NCBI RefSeq assembly: GCF_006345805.1
Contig: NW_021833108.1
Location: 1-64,000 of the forward strand
Length of the DNA stretch: 64,000 bases
Direction of reading: 5' to 3'
Source of the DNA: Octopus sinensis
Lineage: Eukaryota
The first letter of the stretch is position 1. Every line of letters begins with the position of its first letter. The notes below the pieces were generated by a model. It did no database searches and was not told where the DNA came from. It saw nothing but the letters and a program-made list of their open reading frames with translations. Below, piece by piece: positions 50,286-64,000 of this stretch. A program made the translations under genes and the position numbers.

Positions 50286-51284
50286 ATATAAATATACATA
50301 CATACATATATATATATATAATGAGAGAAAGAGAGACAGAAAGATAGATTGAAACACGTAAAAGAGAGAGTAAAGAGTATATATATATTATTATATATAT
50401 AATATATATATCTATATATATTATAGTTAAGTTAATCCAAATATGAAACATCTTTTATATCTGTCACCTGTCTGTATGTCCCTGTCCGTCTATATATCTA
50501 TCCCTCCATCCACCCATCTATTCATCTATTTATCTACTATCTATCTATCTCTCTGTCTATCTATCTTCTGCCGTCCATGTCTTAAGTATTATATTATATA
50601 CATATATATAATACATATATATACATATGTATATATATATGTATATATATAGGCTATTATATATATGTTATATATATATATGTATATATATATAATATTA
50701 TATATATACATGTATAATATATATGTATATATATATATTCATATATACATAATATATATATATATACATATATATATTATATATCTATAATATATATATA
50801 TATATTATATATATATATTATATATATATATATAATATATATTATATATATATCCCTGTCACTTTGTCCCTGTCTGTCTATATATCTATCCCTCCATCAC
50901 TCCATTTATCTATCTATCTAGCTAAGCTATCTAGATGGTGTGAGGACATCGTGGAGATTGAGTTATGTTACAAAGATTCGTCCGAAATACCAAAAAACAA
51001 AAAACCAAAAAGTTTTACAAAAGAAGCAGAGCTGGACATGGCGGTGACGGATATTTATGAGCAGCATCCAATTTTTTTTTTTTTTTAATGTCTAAAAACA
51101 TGAGAATTAACTTGAATAGTGTAAATATAGTAAACAGAATTTGGTTGTATATGTGTGTCCATGTGTAGGTGTGATGGTATGTATATTCAAGAGAAAAATC
51201 TATACGCAAACACTCACTCTACGTGTTTGTGTGTGCATATATGGACTTATATACAAACACATATATGTTATATTATGTGATATA

Positions 51285-51369
<85 letters not shown>

Positions 51370-51422
51370 TATGTTGGTGTGTGTGTGTGTATGTATGTAT
51401 TTATGTATGTATGTTTTTATTA

Positions 51423-51478
<56 letters not shown>

Positions 51479-51586
51479 TGAGAGAGAGAGGGGAAGAGAG
51501 ATATTGATGCACCATAAACAGACATGTACAAGAATATATCTATATATAGACAAGTTACGCAGAACATAAAATATAGATGGTATATA

Positions 51587-51624
<38 letters not shown>

Positions 51625-51879
51625 TATATATATATATTATATATATATATATTATATATATGTATGTATGTATATATATAATACACACATAAATAAATAT
51701 ATATATATTTTCTATGCCTATATATATGTGCTCTATATATATGTGTCTATGTATAATATAATACACGTGGAGCATAAAAATATATAGAATATATACGCAT
51801 ACATAAATATATATATATGTATATATATATGGCGTGTGTGTGCATAATATTATATATATATAATATGTATATACGTATG

Positions 51880-51926
<47 letters not shown>

Positions 51927-51927
51927 A

Positions 51928-51970
<43 letters not shown>

Positions 51971-52069
51971 TACATGTCGGTATGTCTGTGTGTGTGCGCG
52001 CGCACGTGTGTGTGAGTGTAAATATGTATGTATGTCTGTCTGGTTACGTATGTATACAACACTAACATC

Positions 52070-52816
52070 ATTGAGTATGGTTGATGTTGATGCTGTTGTT
52101 GTTCTCGTTACTGGTGGTGGTGGCGGTGGCGGCGGCGGTGCTGGTGAGACGGGATGGGTGCCTGTGATAATGTGAAAACGAAGAAAACATTAGGGGTAAC
52201 CTTATGGGGTGGATGTGTATATACTGGGCAAAGTCTGGGGTAGATACGTTCAGTGTGATGGATATCTGCGATAAAGAAGGTTAGACGGGATGGTGGTGAT
52301 GGTTGTGGTGGTGGTGGGTGGTTGTTGTTGGTGGGGTGGGGTGGGTGGTCGTGGTGGCGTGCACTTGAGTGAAGGGGTTTGTTGTTCCCAAATCGTGGCA
52401 GACGGCGCGGTATGTGTATATGCCTATGTGTGGGGTGGGCTCTTTGTCTATGTATGGGTTGGGTACTATGCATGGGGTTGGGTGCAATGGGGGTGGCGGT
52501 GAGTACTACGTCTGCGTGGGGGTCGATGGTGGGGGTCGAGGGGGTGGGGGTCGAGGGGCCGGGGTGAGCGGTGGGGCGAGTACTATGTCTGGGTGGAGTG
52601 GGGGTGGAGTGGGGTAGGGTGGGGGAGAGTACTCTGTCTGGAAATCTGTTGCTTGTTTCAATGTCTGTGGTATTGGCTTGATGTTGTTGTGTTGTTGTTG
52701 TTGTGTTGTTGTATATGTTTGCATTTTTGCTTTTTTTTATTTGGTTGCCACGGCGGAGTCGGTGGTAATGATGATGATGGTGGTGGTGGTGGTGGTGGTG
52801 ATCGTCGTCATCGTCG

Positions 52817-52866
<50 letters not shown>

Positions 52867-53080
52867 ATGATGGTGTGGTCCTAGTGATGGCATGCTGGCG
52901 ATCGTGGTGTTGGTGTTGTTGTTGGTATTGGTGATGATTGTGGTGATGCTGGTAGTAGTAATGGTGGTGGTGGTAGTGGTGGTAGTGGTGGTGGTGGTGG
53001 TGGTGGTGGTGGTGGTGGTGGTGGTGGTGGTGGTGGTGGTGGTGGTGGTATACGTGATGCTTGTATAAGCTGATTATTAT
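52070..53080. repeat. G/T-rich trinucleotide mosaic with G-run cluster
   Basis: GGT/GTT/GAT/GCT runs; G-tract cluster at 52518-52625. Confidence 0.9.
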
Positions 53081-53285
53081 CACATTGTTATTGTTTTTAG
53101 CTACTGAGGGCCGCTAAAGAAGGAATAGTTTCGGGTCGTTAGATTAAAGTCGCTGATAATGTTGCTGCTGCTGCTGTAATCGTCGCTGTATAAGGACAGC
53201 AGTGGGTGGGTGGTTGTCTTTCATTTTGACCAGCCACCCACGCTACGTCAGCTCACCAACAAACCACACACTCATACACACACAA

Positions 53286-53357
<72 letters not shown>

Positions 53358-53412
53358 AATCCCATATCTCAGACAGACAGCAATGGTTGTGATGGCTAGA
53401 GACCACATAGAG

Positions 53413-53605
53413 CATTGGTTCTCAATCGTGGTTACCAAGGACGCACGAAGCCCTCAAGTATCCTTCTCTCGGCCCTCGGCGGCCCTCCCTCAATAAACAT
53501 AATATATTTTTCTTTAAATGACATGTTATATTTTTTGGGTGTAACCCCTAAAAGAAATCCTGGTCTTAGATCTGGTCCGGATATTAAAATGGTTAGGAAT
53601 CGCTG
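53413..53605. mobile_element. hAT (Charlie-like) MITE
   Basis: Ends CATTGGTTCTCAA and GGTTAGGAATCGCTG (decayed CAGTGGTTCTCAA-type TIR); 8-bp flanks ACATAGAG / CCATAGTG match at 6/8. Confidence 0.6.
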
Positions 53606-53834
53606 CCATAGTGAGCACACCAGTTTATCCTATTGTATAGGTTGTAGTATTGTAGTTGTAATGAAAGCGTATTGTGCAGTGTCTAGCGTTTTGCGATATT
53701 CTTTAGACGTTGTATAAGATAAAGTATTACGTGGTGTTGTATTGAGGAAAAGCTGTGTAGAGTATAGTGCTGTGTAGTGTGGTCTTAAGGAAATGTATCG
53801 GGTGTAGTGTAATGTGGTGTGATCATGTGAAGAT

Positions 53835-54002
53835 GCACGGGCATGGTGTGTAGTAAGAAGTTTACTTCCCAACCACATGGTTCCGAGTTCAGCCCCACTG
53901 GGTGGCACCGTGGGCAAATGTATTCTACTATAGCCTCGGGCCGGCCAAAGCCTTGTGAGTGGATTTCGTAGATGGAAACTGAAAGACCGTTTTATATATA
54001 TT

Positions 54003-54046
<44 letters not shown>

Positions 54047-54265
54047 GGTGGATTTTTGTCTGCGTTTGTCCCCCACCACAATTAGACAACCGGTGTTGTG
54101 TTTACGTCCCCATAACTTAGCAGTTCAGCTAAAGAGAGACCGATAGAAGAAGTACCAGGCTTTAAAAAGATAAGTACGGGGTCGATTCGTTCGACTAAAA
54201 TTTTCTTTGAGGCGGTACGGTGCCCCAGCATGGCCGCAGTCTAATGACAGAAACAAATAAAAGAT
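53835..54265 (+). mobile_element. SINE family A copy
   Basis: Head, (TA)n centre and tail. Confidence 0.85.
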
Positions 54266-55237
54266 AAAAGACGTTCTGTGGGATATAGTTTGGTGTGGGG
54301 TTGTCTTGACGGTATGCCACATGGCGCATACTGCGATGTGGTCTAAAGGACCTGCTGCGTATGATGATTCTGTAAATGAACTCCAAGCCAGCAGACAGAT
54401 CCATGTTCAATGGATTTCTAACCAATCCCAGGTAAATTTCTTTTCAGAAATTGTGTATCTAAGACTACATTATTCAATGTGTCCTTAATTGTAAGATAGC
54501 AGGCTGCAGTTTGGGGTGTATTTGGTTGCGTAGTAGATTAAAGATGACGCCTGGATGTTTGTTCATCAATGTCGTGGTGTCGTGGTGTCGTGGTGTCGTG
54601 GTGTCGTGATGTTGGATATGTATTGTGTAATTGAAGACCATCATCGTGTGGTCTGGTTGACTGCCTGTGTAATAAACAAAGCAACCCACGAACTTTTAAC
54701 CATTAACGTATTTATTGTTGGGCATGATTTACTGCATTGGCTGTTTACAAATGAAAGATGCTGATAATTTAACCGCCGGCAGAGAGGAGAGAACCGCACT
54801 GCGTCTTGTAAAAAGGTTAGCTGTGGCACATCATTTTTTGTAGAGATGGTCTGTTCGAGTCCCTGTGGTAGTCAAGCCTTAGTGGTCTGCCTTCTGTGGT
54901 CTGCCTGAATGCTGGAGACAGTCTGAATCAGCGGTCTGCTGAGACCGTCTGGCTGCTTTAGGTGCCAAACGGTTTCTAAAGGGGGTGACTTTTAGATCAT
55001 CCGAGGAGCCATGTTACGCCGCACTTTCGTACAGATTGGTCGATTTATAGGTCAATCGTAAGAAACTGCGGTGGCTCATCCGTAATCCCTTGCGGCTGGG
55101 GTTCGAATTCCTACAAACACGTTGACTAGTGGCAGTGTTGTTAAGATGGTGGTGTTACAGTGGTCTGGAGTGGTGACGATGTAGGATTTGCTGTGATTTT
55201 TAGTATAATATTGTTAGTGTTGGAGTATTAACGAGGT

Positions 55238-55616
55238 GTGGAGGCGCAATGGCCCAGTGGTTAGGGCAGCAGACTCTCGGTCGTAGGATTGCGGTTTCGA
55301 CCGGGCGTTGTGGGTGTTTATTGAGCGAAAACACCTAAAAGTTCCACGAGGCTCCGGCAGGGGATGGTGGTGATCCCTGCTGTACTCTTTCACCACAACT
55401 TTCTCTCACTCTTACTTCCTGTTTCTGCTGTACCTGTATTTCAAAGGGCCGACCTTGTCACTCTCTGTGTCACGCTGAATATCCCCGAGAACTACGTTAA
55501 GGGTACATGTGTCTGTGGAGTGCTCAGCCACTTACACGTTAATTTCACGAGCAGGCTGTTCCGTTGATTCGGATCAACCGGAACCCTCGTCGTCGTAACC
55601 GACGGAGTGCTTCCAC
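55238..55616 (+). mobile_element. SINE family B, full length, 11-bp TSD
   Basis: Near-identical to 27236-27622; TSD ATTAACGAGGT at 55227-55237 and 55617-55627. Confidence 0.9.
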
Positions 55617-55849
55617 ATTAACGAGGTATTTGTTCTTGGCTGTTGGTGTTAATGCTGTGATGCTGCAGTGTTGTTGGTGATACATTTTGGAGTGTTGTAG
55701 ATGCGGTTGTTGAACTGAGTGGGAGAGATAATGTTGTTAAGATGGTGTTGTAGTGTTGTGGTATGTTACCTATGTGTCTGGAAAGATTGAGAGAGATAGT
55801 GTTATTAGGATGGTACTGTAGAATTGAATGGCTGATTGAGAGAAAAGTT

Positions 55850-56535
55850 GGTTTCAAATTTTAGCACAAAACTAGCAGTTTCGAGGAAACGGGTAAGTCA
55901 GTTACATCGACCCCAGTGATCAAATGGTACTTATTTTATCGACACCAAAAGGATGAAAAGAAAAACTCGATCCTGGCGGTATTCGAACTCAAAACATGAA
56001 GTCAGACGAACTGCCACTAAGCATTTTTCCGGCGCGGTAACGATTCTGTCATGCTCACCTCCTTGAATGAGCGAAACATTGGCATTAGGCGGCGAGCAGG
56101 CAGAAACGTAAGCACGCCGGGCGAAATGCTAGCCGTATTTCGTCTGCCGTTACGTTCTGAGTTCAAATTCCGGCGAGATCGACTTTGCCTTTCATCTTTT
56201 CGGGGTCCATAAATTAAGTACTAGTTACGCACTGGGGTCGATGTAGTCGACTTAATCCCTTTGTCTGTCCTTGTTTGTCCCCTCTATGTTTATCCCCTTG
56301 TGGGCAATAAAGAAATAAGAAACGTTAGCACGCCGGGCGAAATGCATAGCGGTATTTCGTCTGTCTTTACGGTCTGAGTTCAAATTCCACCGAGGTCGAC
56401 TTTGCCTTTCATCCTTCCGATAAATTAAGTACCACTTACGCACTGGGGTCGATGTAGTCATCTTAATCCCTTTGTCTGTCCTTGTTTGTCCCCTCTATGT
56501 TTATCCCCTTGTGGACAATAAAGAAATAAGAAATA
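55850..56535. mobile_element. SINE family C cluster: minus copy (about 55850-56060) and plus array (about 56090-56535)
   Basis: The plus array has two body + Tx1-like-tail units; the second unit restarts at AACGTTAGCACG (56321). Confidence 0.82.
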
Positions 56536-57000
56536 TTAGTATTAGGATATGCCGAAGTAATGTTCAGGCAGGACTATGTCCTAAGAATAACATTTTAAAA
56601 CTATGATGTAGTTGTGCTTTGGGTAGCCACAGATATGTGACGATTGAGAGGAAGAGATGGGGTCTTTTCTAAGCGGTCTCTTTTGCTAAACCGCTAATTT
56701 ACGGGGACATAAACAAACACCAAAACCGGCTGTCAAGTGGTGATGGGGAGGGGACAAACAAACACAAACACACACACACATATACACATACACAAGTCAC
56801 ATAAACACAAGCACACACGCACACAGATACTACCACACACACACAACACATACACACACACATTGACCATTTTCCCACTCTCCTGCCTTCAAAACTACTT
56901 TTTCCATCTCTCTCCACTTCCGGTCGCTTCAGCCATGTAACCACACACGTGCTTTTCTTGGGCTATTGTTTTCTTTCCCTCCGCACCTTTCCACTTTCCT

Positions 57001-57032
57001 CTATCTGAAGAAGAGCCATGCTCGAAACGTTA
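57001..57032 (+). ncRNA. Minimal hammerhead ribozyme-like core
   Basis: CTGAAGA (57005-57011), extra A, stem II GAGC-CAT-GCTC, GAAACGT-T; the stem I partner is missing. Confidence 0.5.
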
Positions 57033-57349
57033 CACACCTCTCTTTTTTTAGCAATACAATCATTATGTACGTCCTTTTGACTTTGGTTGTTTTCGTGTTT
57101 TAATTCATTTTCGATTTACCTATGTGTATGTATGTATACACATACACACACACACACATGTATATTTATATACATATATATGTACGTATATGTATATATA
57201 TACATACATATATATGTATGTATGCATATATATATACATATATATGTATATCTTTATATGTATATATATGAATGTATATGTATTTTCATATGTGTATTTA
57301 TATACATGTATGTATATATATATATATATTACTCTTACTCTTTTACTCT

Positions 57350-57720
57350 TTTACTTGTTTCAGTTTGATGTGGCCATACTGTAACACCGCCTTTAGTCGA
57401 GCAAATCGACCCCAGGACTTATTCTCTGTAAGCCTAGTACTTATTCTGTCGGTCTCTTTTGTCGAACCGCTAAGTTACGGGGACGTAAACACACCCGCAT
57501 CAGCTGTCAAGCAATGTTGGGGGAACAAAAACAGACACAAACATACACACACACATTTATATATATACGACAGGCTTCATTCAGTTTCCGTCTACCAAAT
57601 CCACTCACAAGGCTTTGGTCGGCCCGAGGCTATAGTAGAAGTTATTTGCCCAAGGTGTCACGAAGTGGGACTAAATCCGGAACCATGTGGTTGGTAAGCG
57701 AACTACTTACCACATACGCC
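57350..57720 (-). mobile_element. SINE family A copy
   Basis: Reverse complement of 49863-50285. Confidence 0.85.
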
Positions 57721-57899
57721 TATATATTAAAGTGACAACTAAGGAAAGAAATTCCTTCAAAGGGCTATGTAAAAACATTCAATTCACTGGCACGTCAGTT
57801 GAATACCACAGAAATAGGAGTATAAACAATAAATTTAATAGAGCTATTCAATTGACAATCTGATAATTTATTTATACTATAATATAACATAATATACTA

Positions 57900-58500
57900 T
57901 GAATATAATATAATATAAGATAGCATTAAAAAAATTACTAAAAAACCAAAAAAGTCAACAATTCGTTTCGACTTTATACATTATTTGACTTGTAAACAAT
58001 TCATATTCATTTATATAAGTCTCTTCAGAGCTGTGGTTCAAAACACGAAGGAAATTCTATGTGAAAGGACGGCTAGATTGCAAAAAAATTCCTTCAAATG
58101 CCTATGTTTAAGGAACGTGTGTGTTAAATTTTCAACCATATAACAGTTACAATTAAAATAACAAAATTATAACGGACAAAATAATTAAGTAAATAGAATC
58201 TACAACTATCGAAATATATTGCTATATATCTCAAACAATATTAATCCAAATTTGTTTAGGCCGATGACAATCTTTGGTTATTTTAATAACATACAATAAC
58301 AATATATAAGTATATGAATGAATTAAGTATCAGGGTCTTACTTAATCTAGAGACTGTATTAAAACGTGTAAATATACATAAATGATAATATATTATCATA
58401 CTGGTAATATATAACAACTCTTCTCTTTTATTTAAAGTTATTTAATATAAAAACTGTTTAGAGTAACGAACAAAAGATATGTTCTTTATTTACCTAGTCT
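57900..58500 (-). mobile_element. Penelope-like element 3' remnant with hammerhead-like motif
   Basis: Minus strand TLNKREEL (about 58430-58405) resembles the PLE endonuclease C-terminus; hammerhead-like motif at 58033-57952. Confidence 0.5.
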
Positions 58501-58797
58501 ATCGGAGGGAGAATTCCGTAAAAAATATGAACAGAAACTTAGAGCTACGATAACTACAACCTATATTACACCAAAGATATAGAGTTAAGCTATAATAATG
58601 GATATCAAAATATTACTAGTTTTTCAGAAGTAACCAAATTTGAAGTTACTTAAATGAGGATTATTATTTTTTGGTTTTTTTAAATAATTGTTAATGTTAT
58701 ATTATATTATGTTCATAGTATATTATGTTATATTATAAATAAATTAGTAGATTGTCAATTGATTTTATCCATTTGATTTATTGTTTATATATATATA

Positions 58798-58832
<35 letters not shown>

Positions 58833-59820
58833 GGGCTTCTTTCAGTTTCTGTCTAACAATACACTGACCCGAGTCTATAAAAGAAGACACTTGCCCAAGG
58901 TTCTCAACACAGTGGGGCTTAATCCCTTAACCCTGAATTTAGTTGTGAAGGAAACTTCTTACTACAGAGCCACTCCTGCACATGAGGAATTTTTATTCCA
59001 TATCACTCTGACAGAGGTGAGATTCGATCCTAGAACAGTTCTAAAAGCAACACACTAACATATTTTACCTTCTCAACCCCTGTATTTACCCTTTCCGTGT
59101 ACCCTAAACTGAATAACTGTTTCGAACGTTGTAAACATGCAGGACGTTTACTCGTTTAACCCCTAAATAACTCCCCGACAGTCAATGAATCTCTCGCCAG
59201 CTGTAATTATATTTACCATCCGCCCTACTACGCAGCACCAAGCACCCGGTTCACAGTACTTTAAAAACACACAAGGACGTTTCTCATCAAAACACTTACA
59301 TCACGAACGCCATTTTCTCTACTCATGGCATCAAAAATTAATAACCACTTCACAAACACACAAAGTACATACAAAAGATCCCACCCCGACAATTCATCTC
59401 TCGCCACTCTTAATTACTTGTCTTCTCCCTCATCAATCCACCAAGATTAATCAGTTAACTCGAGATACATGTTTTGTACCCGTGGTTTTGTTAACTGAAG
59501 CACTCAACTTGAGGGGTCATACCCGATAATTCATCTCTCGACACCATGAAATGTGTTATTAAGCTTCATATCTGCCACACTGTACTAAATTGCAAAGCCA
59601 GTATTTCAACTGAGTGTGTACAACTGTATATGCCTATATGCCTTTATCTATATGCATAGGTGTATTTGTCAATAGATGTGTGTGCGTCTCACGTATTTCT
59701 TGTACAATCAACAATTTCGTTTTCTTCCCTCATTCTTAAATTCTTTGCTTCATTTTCCGTTGAGTTCTCTCTACTTTCATTCTCTTTTTCTTCGGGCAAG
59801 CTATGAATTGTAGCCTCATC

Positions 59821-59916
<96 letters not shown>

Positions 59917-60423
59917 TTTAAAAATTTTGGTACAAGGTCAGCAATTTCGGGGTAGGGGGCAACTCGATAACATTGATCTCAGTGCTTATTTTATCGACCC
60001 GGAAAGGAAATGAGAGGCAAAGTCGGCCTCGGCGGCATTTGAACCCAGAACGTAAAGCTGCTAAGCATTTTACTCTGCATGTTAACGATTCTACCAGCTC
60101 GCCGCCTTTATAATATAATACTATATTATAATATATTATTGTTCAAGTGCCGTAAGGGTCGATTTTGCCTTTCATCTTATTGAGATCGATGAAATAAAGA
60201 ACAGTTGAATACTGGGAACGAGCTAATAGTCTAGCCCCTCCCCACAAAATTTCAAGCTTTGTGCGTATAGAAGAAAGATTTAAATTACATTATATTATAT
60301 TATATTACATTGTGGGGGTACAATGGCCCAGTGGTTAGGGAAGCGGCTCGCAGTCGTGAGATTGCGGTTTTGAATCCCAGACCTGGCGTTTTGAGTGTTT
60401 ATTGAGCTAAAGCTCCGTCATCT

Positions 60424-61260
60424 AAGAGAATTTCCAATCATTATTCATCATTTAGGGATAGCAGTAATCGTCATAGCACAGGGCTAAGTAAATTGGTTTT
60501 GCATCTTAAAGACAACAATAAAGATTTTAAGTTAGATAGGTTCATCCTGTCCATATCTTTTCCTTACGATAAGGGCAAGGGATTTTGTAATATTTGCAAC
60601 TCTGAACTCTTCCATATTCTCTTCTCTAAGAATCACCTTGTTAACACACTTATAGAGCGATCTTACAAATGTAAACACTGGCAGAAACATACCTTTAGCT
60701 CATATAAGTGATTTTGCCAGTCTTTATAGTTTGAACAGTTAGTTCAACTTGCACTTTACTTCAATAGAGAAATCTACTTCTAAGCCTTTGAACATTTTTT
60801 CAACCAACGTAGCCCTCTTTATTTCTTCTCTACTTATTATTTCTTTAACCCTTCTCTTTCTAGTATCTGCCTTTGACATCGAATCTACTAACGGTTTTTT
60901 TTAAATACTTAATAACGTTCTGTTTATCATTTATACAGCCATCGTAATTGTTATAATGTCTTGTTGTTGAGATAGACTGTCTTTCTTTCCTGATGAGACG
61001 ATTGCATTTTACACCGTTTATTCCTTTGGAATAAACCAATGTTTTCTTCGAAACATATGTCGAAAGTAAATGAATTTTAATAACATTTGCGTTCAACTCC
61101 ATCTATTTACTTATACTACACAAATTATTGCACATTAACCCGGAGTTTCTACCTTTGAATAGGTCGCTTCATCCGAGATACTTGCGTGAATTTTGCTACT
61201 CTGGTAATTGTTTATTGAATTTTCCATGTTAACGGTAAACAAAGGATAATTCATTCATCC
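60424..61260 (+). mobile_element. Penelope-like element: GIY-YIG C-terminus and 3' repeat
   Basis: KRISNHYSSFR...HSTGLSKLVLHLKD...CNICNSE...KCKHWQK* (60424-60711), followed by a region containing a hammerhead motif. Right boundary approximate. Confidence 0.75.
60982..61069 (+). ncRNA. Type I hammerhead ribozyme, complete core
   Basis: Stem I CTTTC/GAAAG, CTGATGA (60990-60996), G-C closing pair, long stem II, GAAA (61050-61053), stem III ACATATGT, GUC triplet (61059-61061). Confidence 0.75.
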
Positions 61261-61309
61261 ATTTATATATATATATCAGAATAAAAGAATATATATATAT
61301 TCTTTTATC

Positions 61310-63045
<1,736 letters not shown>

Positions 63046-63199
63046 CGAAGAAAAGAAGCGATGTGAAAGCCAACATATGTTTATGTGTGTGCGTATGTGC
63101 ATTTGTTAGTGCGTGTTTATTGGTGTGTGTGTGTGTGTGTGTGTATGGATATATACGTTTGCGAGGGCATGTTTGTATGTGCACACATATATGTATAAG

Positions 63200-63360
63200 A
63201 AATGCTTCTTTCAGTTTCCTTTAACTAAATCTCTTTACTAGTTTTGGTCGGCCCGAGGCTATAGTAGAAAAAACTTACTCAAGGTTCCATGGAGTGGGAC
63301 TGAACCCAAAACCATGTGGTTGGGAAGCAAACTTCTTACCACACAGACACGCCTGCCGCT
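63200..63360 (-). mobile_element. SINE family A head fragment
   Basis: CTTCTTTCAGTTTCC...GGTCGGCCCGAGGCTATAGTAGAA...AACCATGTGGTTGGGAAGC. Confidence 0.8.
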
Positions 63361-64000
63361 GTAATAAGAAATGGTTCCTACATATATGTATGTATGTATG
63401 TATTTATTTATTTATGTATGTATGTATGTATGTATGTATGTATGTACGTCTGTATGCATGCATGTAAGTATGTATGCACATATGTATGTATGTATGAACG
63501 TATGTATGTATGAACCTATGTATGAACGTATGTATGAACGTATGTTTGTGTGTATGTATGCATGTATGCATGTATGTATGTATTTATGTATGTATGTACG
63601 TCTGTATGAATGCATGTAAATATGTATGTACATATGTATGTATGTACGTATGTATGTATGTATGAACGTATGTTTGTGTGTATGTATGCATGTACGCATA
63701 TATGTATGTATGTATGTATGTATGTACGTATGTATGTATGTATGTATGTATGTATGTATGTATGTATGTTTGTTTGTATGTGTGTATACACATATCACAC
63801 ATGGGTTAGCTATGTAGGAAATGTCTCAGATTGTATATAGATTTTTTGCTGCGCTGGTGTTGCAGTTGTGATCTTGTGGTGGTTATGTTATGGTAATAGT
63901 GTCGTTTGTGAGATAAATGCGATGTTGGGACAATAAAGATCCGACGGAGGTAATTGTACAGAGAATGTTGAGATTTTTGTACTCTTTTGTAATGTGGCAA

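Noticed and set aside
59030-59560. Possible further PLE remnant with hammerhead-like scraps (TCGAAACAG; GAGGGG-TCATA-CCCGA)
   Set aside because: Core nucleotides are missing and the protein similarity is too weak to support a call.

Overview
This is a repeat-saturated, AT-rich animal genomic window. It is most likely from an octopus (coleoid cephalopod); that is an inference from the SINE families and the extreme microsatellite load. I could not support any host protein-coding gene, rRNA, intact tRNA or CRISPR array. Almost all long ORFs in the supplied track are microsatellite artefacts, and the real coding signal is decayed transposons. Non-LTR remnants: Tx1/L1-clade LINE pieces (ORF1 and ORF2), Dong/R4-type RLE LINEs in (TAA)n arrays, CR1/L2-like and RTE-like 3' ends. 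Penelope-like remnants include a Naiad-type RT + GIY-YIG fragment. DNA transposons: a DD36E Tc1 element, a mariner fragment, hAT and other MITEs, and a non-autonomous Helitron family. There are also many copies of at least five tRNA-derived SINE families (my labels A-E). Highlights: (1) SINE family C shares its 3' tail with the Tx1-like LINE and forms nested arrays at a recurrent TATTTCGTCTG motif, where a Tx1 5' end also sits. (2) There are six hammerhead-ribozyme-like motifs; one (60982-61069) has a complete core with a GUC site, and one type lies inside a tRNA-headed SINE. (3) A Helitron carries a dead Tx1 ORF1 fragment. (4) There are several long near-perfect hairpins. All family assignments come from motif recognition by eye and most boundaries are approximate.
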